Below are positions 12,030-24,271 of a stretch of 64,000 nucleotides of DNA, piece by piece. The first letter of the stretch is position 1. Every line of letters starts with the position of its first letter. The position numbers were made by a program, and so were the translations under genes. The notes under the pieces were generated by a model. It was not told the DNA's origin and searched no databases. It saw only the letters and a list, made by a program, of their open reading frames with translations. The stretch is from Ascidiella aspersa (taxonomy: Eukaryota): assembly GCA_963924565.1 (NCBI GenBank), contig OZ004609.1, positions 7,626,001 through 7,690,000 of the forward strand, read 5' to 3'.

Positions 12030-13350
12030 TAAAGAAAAGGGTTGATTTGATGGAGCAAGCAAGGCTGATTTGTAAAAAAAATGATTAAAAAGAGGTTGAT
12101 TGGTGGAGCAAGGCTGATTTGCTGACGAAGAGCTGAAAGAACTATAGATTTCTAAAAAAATGATTGAAAAGAGGTTGATTGGTGTAGCAAGGTGGATTTG
12201 CTGACGAAGAGCTGAAAGAGCAATTGATTTGTAAAAGATTGAAAAGAGGTTGATTGGTGTAGCAAGGCTGATTTGCAAACGAAGAGCTGAAAGAACAATA
12301 AATTTGTAATAAATGATTGGAGATTGATTGGTGTAGCAAGGCGGATTTGCTGACGGAGAGCTGAAAGAGCAATTGATTTGTAAAAAAAATGATTGAAAAG
12401 AGGTTGATTGGTGTAGCAAGGCTGATTTGCTGACGAAGAGCTGAAAGAACAATAGATTTGTAAAAAAATGATTAAAAAGAGGTTAATTGGTGTGGCAAGG
12501 CTGATTTGCTGACGAAGAGCTGAAAGAACAATAGATTTGTAAAAAATGATTGAAAAGAGGTTGATTGGTGTAGCAAGGCTGATTTGCTGACGAAGAGCTG
12601 AAAGAACAATAGATTTGTAAAAAAATGATTGAAAAGAGGTTGATTGGTGGAGCAAGGCTGATTTGCTGACGAAGAGCTGAAAGAACTATAGATTTGTAAA
12701 AAAAATGATTGAAAAGAGGTTGATTGGTGTAGCAAGGCTGATTTGCTAACGAATAGCTGAAAGAACCATAAATTTGTAATAAATGATTGGAGGTTGATTG
12801 GTGTAGTAAGGCGGATTTGCTGACGAAGAGCTGAAAGCGCAATTGATTTGTGAAAAAAATAATTGGAAAGAGGTTGATTGGTGTAGCAAGGCTGATTTGC
12901 TGACGAAGAGCTGAAAGAACAATAGATTTGTAAAAAAATGATTGAAAAGAGGTTGATTGGTGTATCAAGGCTGATTTGCTGACGAAGAGCTGAAAGAACA
13001 ATAGATTTGTAAAAAAATGATTAAAAACAGGTTAATTGGTGTTGCAATGTTGATTTGCTGACGAAGAGCTGCTGAACGAACAATAGATTTGTAACAAATT
13101 GATTGAAAATAGGTTGATTGTGGTAGCAAGGCGGATTTGCTGACGAAGAGCTGAAAGAACAATAAATTTGTAAAAAAAATGACTGAAAAGAGGTTGATTG
13201 GTGTAGTAGCAAGGCTGATTTGCAAAAGAATGAATAAAAAGACATGCTGATTTGCAGACGAAGAGCTGAAAAAACAATTGTTTTGTTAAAAGATGATTCA
13301 AGATTGATTGATGAAGCAAGGTTGATTTGCTAACGAAGAGCAGGAAGAAT
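12030..13350. repeat. Minisatellite, ~16 copies of a ~79-bp unit
   Basis: The unit is approximately ATGATTGAAAAGAGGTTGATTGGTGTAGCAAGGCTGATTTGCTGACGAAGAGCTGAAAGAACAATAGATTTGT(A)n with a variable A-run. It explains the many low-complexity minus-strand ORFs at 12000-13319. Confidence 0.95.
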
Positions 13351-13881
13351 AATGTTGATTTTTAATATTTGTGTAAAATAGTCTCCATGGGTCATAGTTT
13401 GATTGAGCTTGTACTTTGTATCTTTGATGTTGACAAATATACTTTATAGTTTTGTTATGTATTTTAAGCACATTTTCAATTTCAAAATGTCCTAGATTAA
13501 ACTGTTTACTTTTTAAAGGGCATTGTTATACAGTGTAATTTTTTTTGCTAAAAATATGGACAAACTCAACCATATTCCGCGCGATGGCAGATCCGTACCT
13601 TATTTTTTTAAAGATGTTTGTGTGAATATCTGAATAAGTACCATGCAAACTTAAACTTTAAAAACGGTCAAATTTTGGTATAAAAGAAAAGGTGTGCAAA
13701 AAACAATCGCACACCTCTCGATTTGGCATTGCAAACCCTAGATCTTGACACAATGTGTCATGATGTACAGGTTAACTAAACTTGACATTAAACGAATTTG
13801 TGTTACACTGGTTGCCAGAAAACGAGCAAAAATATTTAATAAAATAGACTAAAATTAATTTTGTATTCTTTATGTCAAAAC

Positions 13882-14059
13882 GGCGCTGGTCTACAATCCT
13901 ACAACAGAGTTCAAACAATTATTAAATCAATGCACAATATTTGAGTTAGGGTGTGGGTTAGCGTCTGGGTTTGAGTGGGTAAGCAATAATACTTTAATAA
14001 AACTTGACCCAACCTCACCCAAAATAATGTTTGTTGTGGTACGATTCTAGATCAGCGAC
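13882..14059. mobile_element. MITE (GGCGCTGGTCT.. TIR family)
   Basis: Ends GGCGCTGGTCTACAATC / GATTCTAGATCAGCGAC. The internal core (caatattt.ggttagggtg..ggttagcgt) is shared with ~22770-22934, 21888-22101 and 49789-49967. No clear TSD. Confidence 0.55.
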
Positions 14060-14973
14060 GAACACGTTTTTAAACTCCCAAGTTAAAGTGTAACAAACAT
14101 CGCCATTCGCGTTATGGCTTTAGCGAAAAAATGGCGGAAATCGGCCTTTAAGATGTTAATTGTTTAGATATTTTCTTTTCTTACCTACGCAATATGATCA
14201 TGCTTTTGGTGGTCATGAAAGACATCAAATAAACTGATCAAAACAGCCATTCCCAAGATATTTTCCGTGTTTACATTTGGCTTCTGCTTTTTCAGGTAAG
14301 CGGTTGGACTTGGAAGTTAAAACCACTGATCTCTATAAAACCTGGATAGCGCAACTAGCGGCACGCGTGAGCGGTTTTTGAAGCCCATTAGAAGGCTGAA
14401 ACGCCATCTTGTAAAGGTCCTAAAATGCGCAAAATTTGCATTACGCCTTATGGAGAAGGGTGTTAGTGACAGCGTTTTCTGACTATTTAGGAATGCTTGT
14501 GATTAAAATTAGTGGTTTCTAAGGCCGCAAGCCATACTTCAATTATTTAAAGGAGAAAAAATAAATAAAACTGTATAATTAACGCAAAAATCTGCTTTTT
14601 AAAGACGACTAAACCAGTGTATTTTTCCCATTTATTTTTAGACTACTTATAACTTAAAGTTGGTGGTTTCTAAAGCGACAAGCCAATATCTGACTATTTA
14701 GAAATAAAAAAACGTTAAAAGCACCTATTTTTTGTGTTTTTTTACGAGACTAAACCAGTATGACAGTTTTACACTCAACTATACTTATCTTTCTTTTGTT
14801 AATTCTTTCTGCTTGTTGGTTACTTTTGAGTTAAAACTATAATAGTACTAAAATAATGCTCTGCATTTTTGTTATGTAAAGGCTTCTATTTAAGTTTTAT
14901 TTTATTTTGTAGACAGACATGGAACAAAACTCGTGTTCGGCTAGGATATCCTTAACCAGGTTATAATTTAAAA

Positions 14974-17388
14974 CAGGGCTTCCCAAACTTTTTCGCTCGC
15001 GACCCCTTTTAACCTCCTAAACTTTTTCGCGACCCTTCACGGTTAAAATGATAAACAGTGCGAAATATGCATTTGTGATAATTATTGAAAGGCAGAAACT
15101 GAAAACAAGCTACAGATGCTCAAAGCTTACTACATTACGATTACACGATGGTAGCTTAATTATTGCAAACAAAACAAAAAAACAAACATAATAATTCAAT
15201 GTGATGGGTGCGACTGCTTTCTGCTACAAAGCAAATCCAGCCTTGGCTCAATGTTTGTTAATGCTGGCCTCAAGGCGGTTTCAATGTTACTCAAGCTGGA
15301 ACGGTATTTTGTTTTGATTGCTGTGAATGTTGAAAACGCTGACTCGCACAGATACGTCGAGACAAACGGTAGGAGTGCGGTTACTGCTGAGTCAGATAAT
15401 GATGGATATTCCGCTTTAACGCTAAGCCAAAAAGTGTGAAGCTTTTTTCCAGAAAATTCAAGCCGCAACTTCGAGTCAGAAGATAGGTCAGCAAGCTCTT
15501 CCTGAGATTTAAGAGTGAGGTGCTCGGTACTTTGTTTTTGCATTGCAAATGGGTTTTGGATCCAATCTAATTTGGTATTGTTCAATTCTGGAAGAAAATA
15601 CTTCTGAAACTGTTTCAACAGATTTGACAAATGGTCGATTACAAGAGGCTTAATAACGTTTGATTCCACATCATTGTTAGCCAAAAACTCTTCTGTTGAT
15701 GAGAACATTTCAAATGAATCAGTTTCAACCTTTTGTTTCCAGATGTTTAATTTTTTGATGAACGCTTCAATTTTAGATTTCAGTGTAAAAATATTGGTGT
15801 TTTCTCCTTGGAGGGACAAATTAAGTTCGTTTAGCTTTTCAAGCAAATCTGACAAATAACATAATTTCAACAGCCAGCTGTCATTGCGAAGATAGCAGAC
15901 CAAGTCTGATTTTTTTTCCGTTAAAAAAATCACGACTTCATTTTTCAACATTAATAGCCTTTTTAAAGCTTTGTTTTTGAAAGCCACCTTACTTCACAAT
16001 ACAGTAAAAGAGTCTTAAACTCCGATTCCATTTCACCACATAAATTTGCAAAAATACGGGTATTGAGTGCACGACTCTTAATAAAGTTGATAATTTTCAC
16101 AGCATTTAGATCAGGAGAAATTTTTTTACCTACTAAGGCCTCTCGATGAATCATACAGTGTGTAAAAGTAATAGGCGTATCACTCACAGCGCGCACTCGT
16201 GCATGAAACCCAGCTGTATGTCCTGTCATCGCAGCAGCTCCGTCAGTACACACACCAACACAGTCTGTCCAAAATAGCCCCACTTCCGTGAAAAAATCAT
16301 CAACTTTTTGAAAAATATCCATCCCATTAGTACGTTCATGCAATGGTTGACAAAACAGTAAATCCTCGTGAATGTCGTTATTGTAAATGTATCTAATATA
16401 TGACAAAAGATATGCCATATTGGTAATGTCCGTCGACTCATCAAGTTGAATGGCAAATTTACGGCTTTCTTTAATTCGTAGAATGAGTTGCTCGCGTTGA
16501 TCTTCGCTGATTTCGGAAATTCGCCTTGACACAGTATTGTTTGACAATGAAATTTTTCTCATTTCATTAGCCTCTTTTTTGCCGTGAACAATTGCGCTCA
16601 TTTTAATTGCAGCTGGTAGAATTAGTTCTTCGCCGATGTTGTAAGGTTTCTTGCTTTTTGCAATCAACAAGGAAGCCTCAAACGATGCTCTTGTATACTT
16701 CCCTTCATTTACAAATTCACTTTCAAATGATTGTCTTTGTCTTTCCGATGTTCGCAGTAAGCGACGAAAAAAATCCACAGGCTTGTTGCTATGAGAATCA
16801 TGCTTGGTTTGAAGATGTCGTTTCAACTTCGCAGGCTTAAGACTCTCACTTGCCAACACTTGATTGCAAATCAAACAAAATGGACGATGTTCATTGTTTT
16901 CCGAAATGAAAGTGAAACCATATTGCAAAAAACTTTCGTTATACATTCTCTTTTTGGCATGACTAGCCTCGTTTTTCTCATTGAACTTGCGCTTTTTCAA
17001 TGTGCAAGTCGCTGTTGTATCTGCCTCTACCGCTGCTTCAACACCATCTGCCGTAGGCTTATTACCCTTATCGTTCGATTTTTTTAACCAGCTATCCATT
17101 GATTATTTTTTTAATATTTAGCTACTAGCATGCACTGCTTTTTACTTTAAACTGTGTTTTTAGTAACATTGCTAGCCTCCCGACCCGCAGAGTTATTGCG
17201 TCATAAACCGAATACTATTTAGTAACTGAGCTCAACCTATTTACGTAGAATATGTTTTGCGTAACTACACCAGTTTTAGCAACCGTGTTTCGAATTAAAC
17301 CTCTGAAAACTTGGTATACCCTCTGCGACCCCTGAAGTTCGTTACGCGACCCCTTGCGGGGTCGCGACCCCCAGTTTGGGAAGCCCTG
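14974..17388 (-). mobile_element. hAT (Buster/ZBED5-SCAND3-like) DNA transposon nested in the P element
   Basis: TIRs CAGGGCTTCCCAAACT / AGTTTGGGAAGCCCTG with 8-bp TSD ATTTAAAA (14966-14973, 17389-17396). The transposase runs 17099 to 15196 with one frameshift near 15975 and has PFCLIC..LKRHL..KH, QLDESTD, VCTDGA, HCMIHRE, EVRWLS, STYLCESAFS and QSHPSH. The empty site is seen at ~6250-6268. Confidence 0.95.
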
Positions 17389-17601
17389 ATTTAAAAAACC
17401 CAAGGATGCATTTTATTGGATGTCCTGAAGGTTAGCCATATTTTTGCATATACTTCTATAGACTGACACAGTCGGTTTTAAAAGTAACTTGGTTGCTTGC
17501 AGCAAAGGAAAAAACGCAATAATTGAAAAATATTTAACAACGGTAGCAATAAACAAATAGTACAAATTTAAAACAACAAGTGAACATGTGATTAATAAAA
17601 C

Positions 17602-20600
17602 TTATTGATTGTTAAATAAAACTAGCTTGCTAAGCTTTTTTCTTATTTTTTCTCCCACTATTTTTTCAGAGGTTTCCTTTCCAAGATGGTACAGCCTTAT
17701 CTTACTGTAGCACTTCGATACAACTTTGATCAGTTGAAAGACATGATTATCCATCACTGTACTGTCAAATATGTGACTATCTAAATCAGGAAATAATTGG
17801 GATGCATTAATACTGTGTAATACTGATGTTGCAATGGCATCTGGAATTCCTGTATTAATCGGTAATTTTCCACCAGAACATGCCAACAATCTTAAGAAGC
17901 ATTTTTCGGTGTCAGAGCACACCCTAATTACACTTTCTGATGGTTTCATAAGACCTCCTCTGTCTTTGAATGTCAAAAAACTGGGTTGTGCTATCATTTT
18001 CTGGGAACCAAGTGCCAAGGAGCAGGTAAAACATGTTGTTTGTTTTTTTGCCATCTTTGCAACATACCCAGCTATGTATGTAATCTGCTTTTTTATATTC
18101 TGATAAAATTTTTATGTTTGGACTGTCACAGTAATCATGGTCTGTTGAAATGGGCAGACGTTCAATGAGGTCATATTTTTTAATTAATGCCACATCAGTT
18201 AACTTTACCTCCGTATAATTTGTTTTACAGGTGTCGCTTATTGCATCCAGAATTGTTGTTGAATCCTGGTTGGAGCAATTGCCATTTGTACCTTTATAAC
18301 AGCTTCTCATCAAAAGACGCTTGAAGGCTGCTGTGAACTGTTGTGCTGTTGGGTTATTATTGCAGCCACCAGCAGTTCGGACAGCACTGAAAAACAATTC
18401 TAGGTGATCTTGGCTAAACTTGTACATTAACAAATAACTTAGTGGAGCATTGGCTCTGCCTACTAAGTTATCGAACAAACCTCTTGTGCTCTGGATACAG
18501 GCTAAAAAACCAACGAAACCAGTTTTTCTTCTGGAAATGTGCATTGGAGTGCTGTCAGTTGTTTTTAACTGCATTATTTAAGTAAAACATTCTGAAAGAA
18601 AGGGATCCCATACAAACTTATTCGCAATCCGAAGGGCAGACTTAAACCTTTGGCGAGGGGATTTCTTAAATTAAAAATGTCAAATAAACGATCAAACATT
18701 CGTAAGAACCTTGGTGCACATCCCTTAAATTCGTTGTTGGTGCACATCCCTTAAATTCGTTGTTGGTGCACATCCCTTAAATTCCTTTAGTTTTAAATTC
18801 TCTGCACAATATTGGATGGCATCAGCTACACTAGAACTCAATGCCTGTGCTGCAAGGTTTACCTTCATTTTTTGCTGCTGCCATTTGATGTGTGCCAGCT
18901 TAAGCTTGTTGCCCAAACGCAAACCTTCATTTTGTTGGAGTTTTTGCAATGCAATAATGTATTGCCATTTGATTTTTCCTCCATCTCCATCTACCAAAAT
19001 TCCCCAATCAGCAAAAGTATTTCGCACAAGTTTAAGCATATGGCAAACATCAAGAAGAACATAAATCCGCTCGGATTTGTTCGAGGGATGTTCAAAGTTT
19101 GCTGTTAAGCAACCTGGTATCATAGATGCACCGAGTTCTCATAACATAGTGAAATGACAAGAAGGACCGTCGCATGTCAGAGATACTACCTTTGCACCAG
19201 TGTATGAAACACGCTGAATACATATTTTGACGATGTTTGCACGCTCTGCACCACTTAAGCCATCTACAAAAAAATATGCACATGGCACCTTCCAACCACT
19301 ATTAATACATACAACCATTAAAACGAGAACATCCTTCGCATATGGTAAAGAGTCGTCATCATAGAGACCATTTCCATGATCTACAAAACCACGAAACTTT
19401 TTACCATCCCAAGCAATATGTTTCCTAATAGACATCTCGTCAAGCATAAGGGAGCACATAACTTGTTTACCATTGTTGTGGGCGATTCTCACCTTTTCTT
19501 TAATTGCAATAAAAGCTGGTTTTGTAAATCCTGGATCCGCATCTATTTTGCCGTACCATTTTCGAATCTGGGCTTGGTGGGGTAATGAAAAATCGAAACT
19601 TTTACGGACAAATTCATATGCTTGATTTTAAAGCTGCTGAATATTGAAATCCTTTGCCAGATTTTGTTTTTTTGATTCTTGTTAATAGTTCAAATGGTAC
19701 CTCTGATAAACACTGCTTTAACATGTCTTCACAGCGAGTTGAAATTAAATTTTTATCCTTTAAAATTCTAATAATACCCTTTAAAGAATTGACCTTCAAT
19801 TTTAATCTTCTCGCTTTTTGTCTTGCAACTTTCATTTTCTTTTTTAATCGTATAATTTTTTCATTGCTTTCTTTCAATTTGTTCTCTTCGTTTTTTGAAT
19901 AAATGTTCAAGCAGTAATTATGGTCATGTGTTATGTAGTTCTTGGGAATCTTAAGTTGGTTGGTTGATCCTAGCACTTGTAGTCTGGCATTTGGTAGTTT
20001 TCTTTCTTTTGTTTGCTAAAAAAAGTTTTACACTTTATTTAAACTTCAAGTGTGTTTTAGTTTACAATGTAGTTAATGTTCAATCTTAGGGTGCTTTAGT
20101 TTTTTTTAAATAATATTTAATACATTTTGCTTAGGATACACAGTGGTGTGTCACAAATGTTTACTTTTTACATAGTATTTTTTAATGTTTAACTATAAAT
20201 GTCGTTCATTGTAATACCCTAATTTGTTATATGGGTCATTCCACATTTAATTTAAAGTTTTTCAAAATTTTCGCACCCATCTATCAAAGACCTCAAAGGG
20301 AAAATAATTTTGCAACAGACTCCAGCTATAGTGGCACTTTTAATTTTTATGGCTTGTCTAACTTTGACAAACTAAATCAATGGGTTCGAAACAATTATAT
20401 TTAGAAATAGCTAGATATTTTACAGGACAATCTAGAAAGTAATTAAATTAATCAATACATTTGTACAATTTGTACAAAATATAAATATTATTAAGCATAT
20501 TGCCACATAAAGACCAGTGGTTCTCAGCCTTTTATAAGTCATGCCCCCTTTTATAAGTCAGGTCTCTGGACATACCGCAAACCTAAACAAAATGGTTTAA

Positions 20601-21787
20601 CTAACTAAAAATTAAAATATGACATGTCTGTTGCCCCCTGAAGACTTCTTTGTGGCCCCCTGGGGCCTGAGGGACACATTTGAAAAATGCTCCTTTATTA
20701 TTATGTGTATTTCATGAAACAAAACCATTTAATTGAAATTTGTTGGTTTTCCGGCTCTTTTGTTGGGTTTCCGGCTCTATAAATTAAGCATGGAATGACT
20801 ATCCAGGTAATTTTGGAGCTGATGCGAGGTTTCTAATAACTAAACTACTATAGTATAGTATAGTAATTTAGTTATTAGACATGTCTATCAGCTCTGATAT
20901 TATCAGTATGGTATGTTTATATACATATATATATATAGAATGTATATATCTACCTTTTTTAAGTATTTTGGAAATTTTTTATGTCTGGTCGGAACCGCAT
21001 CGCTGGCAAGTCGCACTTTATATCTAGTCCGAATTATTTTTTTCTCAGCAAAATGGTCGGAACACACCATCGAATGTTTCGTCGGCGCCCAATTGCTACG
21101 GTGAATGTTTGCCACCCAAAGATTTTTTGTTTCCTGATCTGCTGGAAATCTGTCAAGAGTACTATTACATAACTCATCTATAATAGAGAAATACTTCTAA
21201 AATTCTACGGAAGTGATTTGTAATAATTATATAGAAATTGATGTGACTTCTAAATGCTAATTACTAGTATTAAAACCTGTCTAATCCTAACGAGTTTAAT
21301 CTGTCCTCATAGCTTATAGGTAACTAGTAACTGAAAGTTAAGCTAAATTAAGAACTAATATTTTCAATTAGCTAAGTGAGTAGGTAAACTAATATTCAAT
21401 CTGCAACTATCTAAGCTAACTGCATTTATTAAAAGTATGTATATTTACAGGGCCAACTGATTATAAGCGTTGTTGGTCAAAAACAGTATTATCAACCAGC
21501 ATAGTAAAGATGTACCAAATTGAAATACATCTACAACACTGACCAAGAAAACCATTTTCAAAGATTGGCTATACTACTACAGTTATTATGAGTTTTATAA
21601 CCAGTAAGACAACACTCAAACTGGATATTTCTGACATCTATTATAATTATCATACTTATGAAAATTTCTCGGAAATTTTCTCTTTAGGGACTGTTTCTTC
21701 ATCCGAGCTACCATCACTGTCACTTCTACTAGCTTTTTTGCGTTTGCGCTTTAGGCAACCAAACGCACAGCATTGCATGCCTGGCAT
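17602..21787 (-). pseudogene. THAP-domain P-element transposase (THAP9-like), 3 exons, inactivated
   Basis: Exon 1 21787-21656 (MPGMQCCAFGC...RNFHK after one frameshift), exon 2 21149-20954 (FP...W...W.P...VCSDHF...AVPT, the THAP motif), and exon 3 from 20015 (DHNY, coiled coil, LDEMSIRK, TCDG, CHMLKLVRN, QDHLELFF). Lesions include a deletion at 19623, a stop at ~19140, a 26-bp triplication at ~18710-18785 and further frameshifts. Confidence 0.9.
20515..20690. mobile_element. Degenerate hAT-type MITE in the transposase intron
   Basis: Starts CAGTGGTTCTCAGCCTTTT and has the GC-rich gcccccctggggcc subterminal palindrome near a decayed right end. Confidence 0.45.
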
Positions 21788-21887
21788 TTTTATACTTTAT
21801 TTGGATAGTTAAAGCAAAACTGGTCAACTGCAATACATATTCAAATATCATCATCAGCAGTCGATTCTCATTACCCATCTATAGTTG

Positions 21888-22101
21888 GGTAATACTAATT
21901 TACGGAGTGATGAATGGTCGGAAATGTCGGAACGCTCAATAATTTAAGTGTTACCCCGTTAAAACAATTATTAAACCAGCGCACAATATTTGGGTTACAG
22001 TGGGGGTTAGCGTTTGGGGGAAGGTGGGTCAAGTGTTATTATATTTAATAATAATACTGTGAGCGTTCCGACCATTTATCTTTCCATAAATTAGTGTTAC
22101 C
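21888..22101. mobile_element. MITE with GGTAA(C/T)ACTAATTTA TIRs (Merlin-like)
   Basis: GGTAATACTAATTTACGGA ... TCCATAAATTAGTGTTACC; same family as 49789-49967. The TSD is imperfect. Confidence 0.6.
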
Positions 22102-22344
22102 CATCTAGTTTGAATTTATGAAAAATAGCTACTTCAAAAGTATTTATATACATGCCACTGTCAGTGCCTCCTAAAAAAAAAATAGACAGAAAATGGCCAA
22201 TCTGTTCACGTTGTGCTCAAAATTACTATTAATAAATTTCTGGCCGGTAACTGTCTATACTCCAGAGTTTTACCAGCAGCTTCTCAATCAAAAATTAAGC
22301 TGAAAGGTTGGGTGGCATTGAAGTGGGAAAAAAATCATACTGAC

Positions 22345-22642
22345 CTAGAATTATACCACAACGATGACCCGACAAAACTTTTTAAGGAATTGCAATTACT
22401 TAAAATTTCAGAAATATATAAATTAGAATTTGGGAAATTTATGCACAAATTGCACAGCAATGCTCTACCTCCCACATTTAGCTCTTACTTTACTAAAATT
22501 TCTGATATACACGATCATGTTACTAGGTTAAAGGATACTAGGCAATTATTTTTACCTCGCACAAACACATCACTAGAGCAGAGATCACTTGGCTATCAAG
22601 GACCAGTGGTATGGGGAAATATTGATATCAATTTAAAATCAT
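22345..22642 (+). mobile_element. Non-LTR retrotransposon (CR1/L2-group) ORF2 C-terminal fragment
   Basis: PTKLFKELQLLKISEIYKLEFGKFMHK...LPPTFSSYF...HDHVTR...LFLPRTNT..QRSLGYQGPVVWGNI is the typical post-RT tail of CR1/L2-group LINEs. Confidence 0.75.
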
Positions 22643-23428
22643 TATATATAGTGAAATGGGGCACCTTGACTGGTAAACCTGTTGGTTGTATCGGTGCCTC
22701 CTGGCATAATATTCTTATTGCATTTGTTGTTGTATTAACGTTATGTGCCAAAATAATAAAATTGAATTGAACGCACATAATTTGTGTTAGGGTGTGCGTT
22801 AGCGTTTTGGGTTAGGGTGGGTCAATAATGAATATAATAATACCTGACCCACCCAAATCCAAAGGCCAACTCGCACCCTAACCCAAATATTGTGCGTTGA
22901 TTTAATAATTGTGGTAGGATTCCAGACCAGCGCCGTGCCTATATATTGAATATATATAGGCACGGGTTTTGTCGTTCTAAAAATGCCGATTTTTGCGTTA
23001 ATTATACAGTATTAGGTTTTTTTCTCTTCCAAATGATTAGAGTATGGCTTGCAGCCTTAGAAACCATTAATTTTAAGTAATAAATGTTAATAAATAGTCG
23101 GAAAACGCTGTTACTAGCACCTTCCTCCATAAGCCGTAATGCAAAATTTACGCACTTTAGGACCTTTTCAAGATGGAGTTTCAGCGTTCTAATTGGCTTC
23201 AATTTTCAACCACTAGTTGCGCTATCCAGGTTTTATAGAGATCAGTGGTTAAAACACGAAATAATTTGAGAAAATAGTAATAAGATTTCTATCTTTATTG
23301 GCGATTTAAGGTTTTTATGTTGTTATGACTTGGAATATATTTATGGTGTTTTAACATCTACCATTATTAATACCAAATTTAATTTAAAATAAGCACATAG
23401 ACACATCTATTTAAAATTTATGTTTTAG

Positions 23429-23910
23429 GTACTTGGCTACCGGTGATTCTCAACAAACAATTGCTTTCAACATAAATGGCAAGTATGTGATGATTCAAGC
23501 ACCTCCAATGTCTGGATCAGAATTTTTTAATTATAAAGGCCACTTTAGCATAGTGCTTCTCGCCTTATGTACTGCAGACTATTGCTTTTCCATGGTAGAC
23601 ATTGGAGATTCTGGAAGGCAGCAACTTACTTATAATTCTTTGCCTATTCCTCCACCTGGGTGCATAGAATTGTCCCGCCAATTTTGTTTTGTAGCTGATG
23701 CAGCTTTTCCATCAAAGGAAAATTTAATGAGACCATACCCTGGCCATTTTTTACCAGAAAAAAAAATCTCGTGTAAGATGAGTTATTGAAAACACTTTTG
23801 GTATTTTGACAACACGATTGAGAGTTTTTAAAAGTCCGATAATAGCCGATGTCAACAATGCGACCAACATCACGAAAGCTGCATGCTGCCTTCATAATTT
23901 TCTCCAGAAG
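23429..23910 (+). pseudogene. PIF/Harbinger (HARBI1-like) transposase remnant
   Basis: ag|(R)YLATGDSQQTIAF, IQAPPMSGSEFFNYKGHFSIVLLA, VDIG..GRQ, FVADAAFP..ENLMRPYPG, VIENTFGIL..R.RVF and KAACCLHNFL are present, with deletions and stops. Confidence 0.85.
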
Positions 23911-24064
23911 AAAGGCGACCGAAGTTGTATTACGTCAAGGATCCTCTACTAGTATTTTTATTTAGTTAAATTTAATGATCTATAATACTATTTCGTTTAA
24001 TTCGTTAAAAAGCAAATGTACACAATTGTATCAGTTTGTGTTTTATTTATTACCATATTGTAAG

Positions 24065-24271
24065 TCACACAAATAATTTAAAATATGGGCCATTAATTGC
24101 CCTGTCTGACTTTTCTTCTGGTAGCAGCCAGATTGTAGTGGCTACTAGGTTGGAATAATGAGATGCGGCATCTTCCTTGGGCTTTGAAGTTGCCTCTGAA
24201 ATGGCCTGACAGTTTTTATCCATGAGGCCAAATATTTTGTCCTGCAATGTAAAATCAACGAATCTTCTCAA
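24065..24271 (-). pseudogene. Possible remnant of the Harbinger second (Myb/MADF-type) ORF C-terminus
   Basis: Convergent with the Harbinger transposase. KEDAASHYSNLVATTIWLLPEEK resembles the BESS-like tail of such partner proteins; the match is weak. Confidence 0.3.

Larger units (their letters stand above)
14324..23247 (-). mobile_element. Full-length P-element superfamily (THAP9-like) transposon with long TIRs
   Basis: Perfect 35-bp terminal IR CACTGATCTCTATAAAACCTGGATAGCGCAACTAG extending imperfectly for ~290 bp (14324-14615 and ~22965-23247). 8-bp TSD GTTAAAAC at 14316-14323 and 23248-23255. It encloses a THAP-transposase gene. Confidence 0.93.

Noticed and set aside
12000-13319. Multiple 70-170 aa minus-strand ORFs
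   Set aside because: They are by-products of the repeat; the frames switch with A-run length.
12030-13350. CTGACGA...GAAA in every minisatellite unit, suggesting a hammerhead array or a CRISPR-like array
   Set aside because: Stem II would be only 2 bp and no compatible stem III/NUH pairing was found. There are no unique spacers or cas genes, and the context is eukaryotic.
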